From Balanoglossus misakiensis (Eukaryota; Animalia; Hemichordata), in NCBI GenBank assembly GCA_040954595.2, contig CM082583.2, positions 900,542-964,541 of the forward strand: a DNA stretch of 64,000 bases, given 5' to 3'. Positions 61,901 to 64,000 of the stretch are shown here, one piece after another. The first letter of the stretch is position 1; every line of letters starts with the position of its first letter. The position numbers and the translations under genes were made by a program. Below the pieces are notes generated by a model, which did not search any database, was not told the origin of the DNA, and saw only the letters and a list, made by a program, of their open reading frames with translations.

Positions 61901-64000
61901 TGCCGGGGTTTTAGTCGAGCCAGGCCGTAGGAGATCTGACTGGATCAACGTGGTCTCTGTACGCGTGTTTCTGCTCTAGAGTGCCGGGGCTTTATCCCAG
62001 CCATACCGTAGAAAATCTGACTTGATCACCGTTGCTAACGTGCGCTAGTGTCTGTCATATTGTGACGGAGATTTAGCCGAGCCAGGCCGTAGAAAAATCG
62101 ACTTGTTCAACGTTACCATTGTGCAACTGTTTCTGCTCTAGAGTGTCAGGGTTTTAGCCGACTTATGCTGTAGGAAATCTGAGTTGATGAATGGGAATTC
62201 AATGTTAAAAAACCTGTGTGGAAAGTGTCTCTACCCTTTTGAAACTAAGAAAATAATTTATTCTTATTTATTTTGTAAAAATCACAATTTTTCGAAAAAA
62301 AGTCGAAAATGGTAATTTTGTCATGGGTGATTCAAATTATACCGCCTTTTCTGGAATTTGCAGCACTTTTTACAAGAGAACGACACTTCATGCTCCATAA
62401 TATTTCCGAAAATGAAGAAAAGAGTTAATTTTTTATGATTTTTTAAGAATTTACCATTTTTGTCAAAATATGGCCAAAATGGCTATTTTTTCTTGAATTC
62501 CGTCAATATCTCTGCATTTTTGGAGTGGTCGAAAGTTTTAACATACAATCAACATGTCATATATGATCAGGGCACCAAATTCGAAGAACAAAGGTTTTTT
62601 TTATTTTTTTTTCTAAAAATGACATTTTCAAGGAAAATTTGGTAAAACGCAATTTTGTCTGCAGTGAGCCAAATTGGCCGTTTTTTTGTGGAATTTGTAT
62701 CGATATATGTATACGAAGAGCATTCTATACTCCCTCAGATTTCCGAAAATGTAGAAAACAGGTATTTTTTGTAATTTTCAAAAATTTACCATTTTGACCG
62801 AATTGTGGCTAAAATTGTTATTTTCGTGTTGAATGCCGCCAGTGTCACTGCTTTTAAAAGTCATTAAAACTTTTAACATACAAGCAATTGTTTATATATG
62901 ATCAGGTCACCGAATTTAAAGAATAAAGAATGTTTTCCCTAAAAATGACCTTTTTGGTGCAAAAACGAATATAAAACGCAATTTTGTATTAAATCAGCTC
63001 ATTCAGAGTGCATTTTTTATAATCAGCACCATTTTTACATATAATGGAAATTTCATACATCATCAGATATCCAAATATGAAAAAATGATTTAGATTTTAG
63101 ATGATTGTCCAAAAGTAGCTGATATCTAATAAATATAGTATTGAACCGTTCTGTTCCCCCCCCCCCTACATTAAATGCGGTACGCCGATGTCAGCTTACC
63201 CGTCAGTACTGCAGGCCGTGCCCACAACTAACGTCGGTGTTTGAAACGCCCTGGTTAAATTCGGGCTTTCTCTATAAATTGACAGGCAATAATGTAGTCC
63301 TACCGGAACAAATGTCGAGTGTTGACCCGCTGTGACTTGCCCTCTTCGGTTTGCCCGACTTAGCCAACGTCTTTGTACTAGAGTGTCGGGTGTTTTGCAG
63401 AGCCAGGCCGAAGGAAATCCGACTTGATCACCGTTGCTAACGAACGCTAGTGTCTGTCATGGTGTGCCGGGGTTTTAGTCGAGCCAGGCCGTAGAAGATC
63501 TGACTGGATCATCGTGGTCAATGTACGCGTGTTTCCGCTCTAAAGTGCCGGGGCTTCAGCTAAACCAAGCCGTAGGAAACCCGACGTGATTACCGTTGTT
63601 AACTTACGCCAGTCTGTGTCCTATATATAGTGCGGGGCATCAGCCGTGCCAGGTCTAAGGAAATGTGAGTAGATCAATGTGGTCTCTGTACGCGTGTTTC
63701 TGCTCTAGAATGCCAGGGCTTTAGCCAAGCCATGCCGTAGGAAATCTGAATTGATCAACGTTGCTAACGAACGCTAGTGTCTGTCATAGTGTGCCGGGGT
63801 TTTAGTCGAGCCAAGCCGTAGGAGATCTGACTTGATCATCGTGGTCAATGTACGCGTGTTTCCGCTCTAAAGTGCCGGGGCTTCAGCTACACCAGGCCGT
63901 AGGAAATCCGACGTAATCACCGTTGATAACTTACGCCAGTCTGTGTCATATAGAGCCGGTGCACCAGCCGAATCACGCCGTAGGAAATCTTACTTGATCA
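37980..64000. repeat. Composite ~2.05 kb macrosatellite tandem array, right arm (13 poly-C landmarks; runs off the window end)
   Basis: Same landmark at ~38109, 40163, 42536, 44587, 46643, 48941, 51317, 53365, 55404, 57645, 59701, 61592 and 63156. The unit resumes in register (GCACCATTTTTACATATAATGG) immediately after the 3' LTR. Confidence 0.98.
56187..56373 (+). mobile_element. 5'-truncated non-LTR retrotransposon (L2/CR1-group LINE 3' end), 187 bp, with 6-bp TSD AACGCT
   Basis: Interrupts an 81-bp monomer (GCTAACGAACGCT^AGTGTC), with AACGCT at 56181-56186 and 56374-56379. The start reads NIFKRNLKTYLFTRFYV* (56188-56241), matching the FKxxLKTxLF C-terminus of L2/CR1-group ORF2. T-rich 3' UTR; stem-loop AATGCGCT(56314-21)/AGCGCATT(56335-42); (TAA)7 tail from 56355. 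Confidence 0.9.

Noticed and set aside
264-63335. Recurrent 60-112 aa ORFs in the satellite (MSYMIRAP.., MESISTRL.., MSKYGQNG.., MNRSVPPP..)
   Set aside because: Many start at non-ATG codons, frames shift freely between copies at homopolymer runs, composition is F/K/I-rich as expected from AT-rich DNA, and no domains are recognisable.

Overview
This is eukaryotic (almost certainly metazoan) repetitive DNA with no host gene. About 57 kb is one head-to-tail composite macrosatellite, all in one orientation, with 28 units counted by their poly-C landmarks. The modal unit is about 2.05 kb (range about 1.56-2.54 kb). Each unit has four parts: an AT-rich ~0.95 kb block of ~6 degenerate ~165-170 bp monomers arranged as ~333 bp dimers; a variable C-run; a ~210 bp single-copy segment with hairpin potential; and a GC/CpG-richer array of 81-bp monomers alternating as 162-bp dimers (usually 10 monomers, range 4-16). 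Two retroelements interrupt the array. One is an intact, very young 6,487 bp BEL/Pao LTR retrotransposon (31493-37979) with 410-bp LTRs differing at one base, a tRNA-Arg-type PBS, a PPT and a single gag-pol ORF. The other is a 187-bp 5'-truncated L2/CR1-group LINE 3' end (56187-56373) with a stem-loop, a (TAA)n tail and a 6-bp TSD. Shared variants reveal local amplifications and a ~15 kb (7-unit) higher-order duplication. All other ORFs in the track appear spurious. All comparisons were made by eye; no searches were run.
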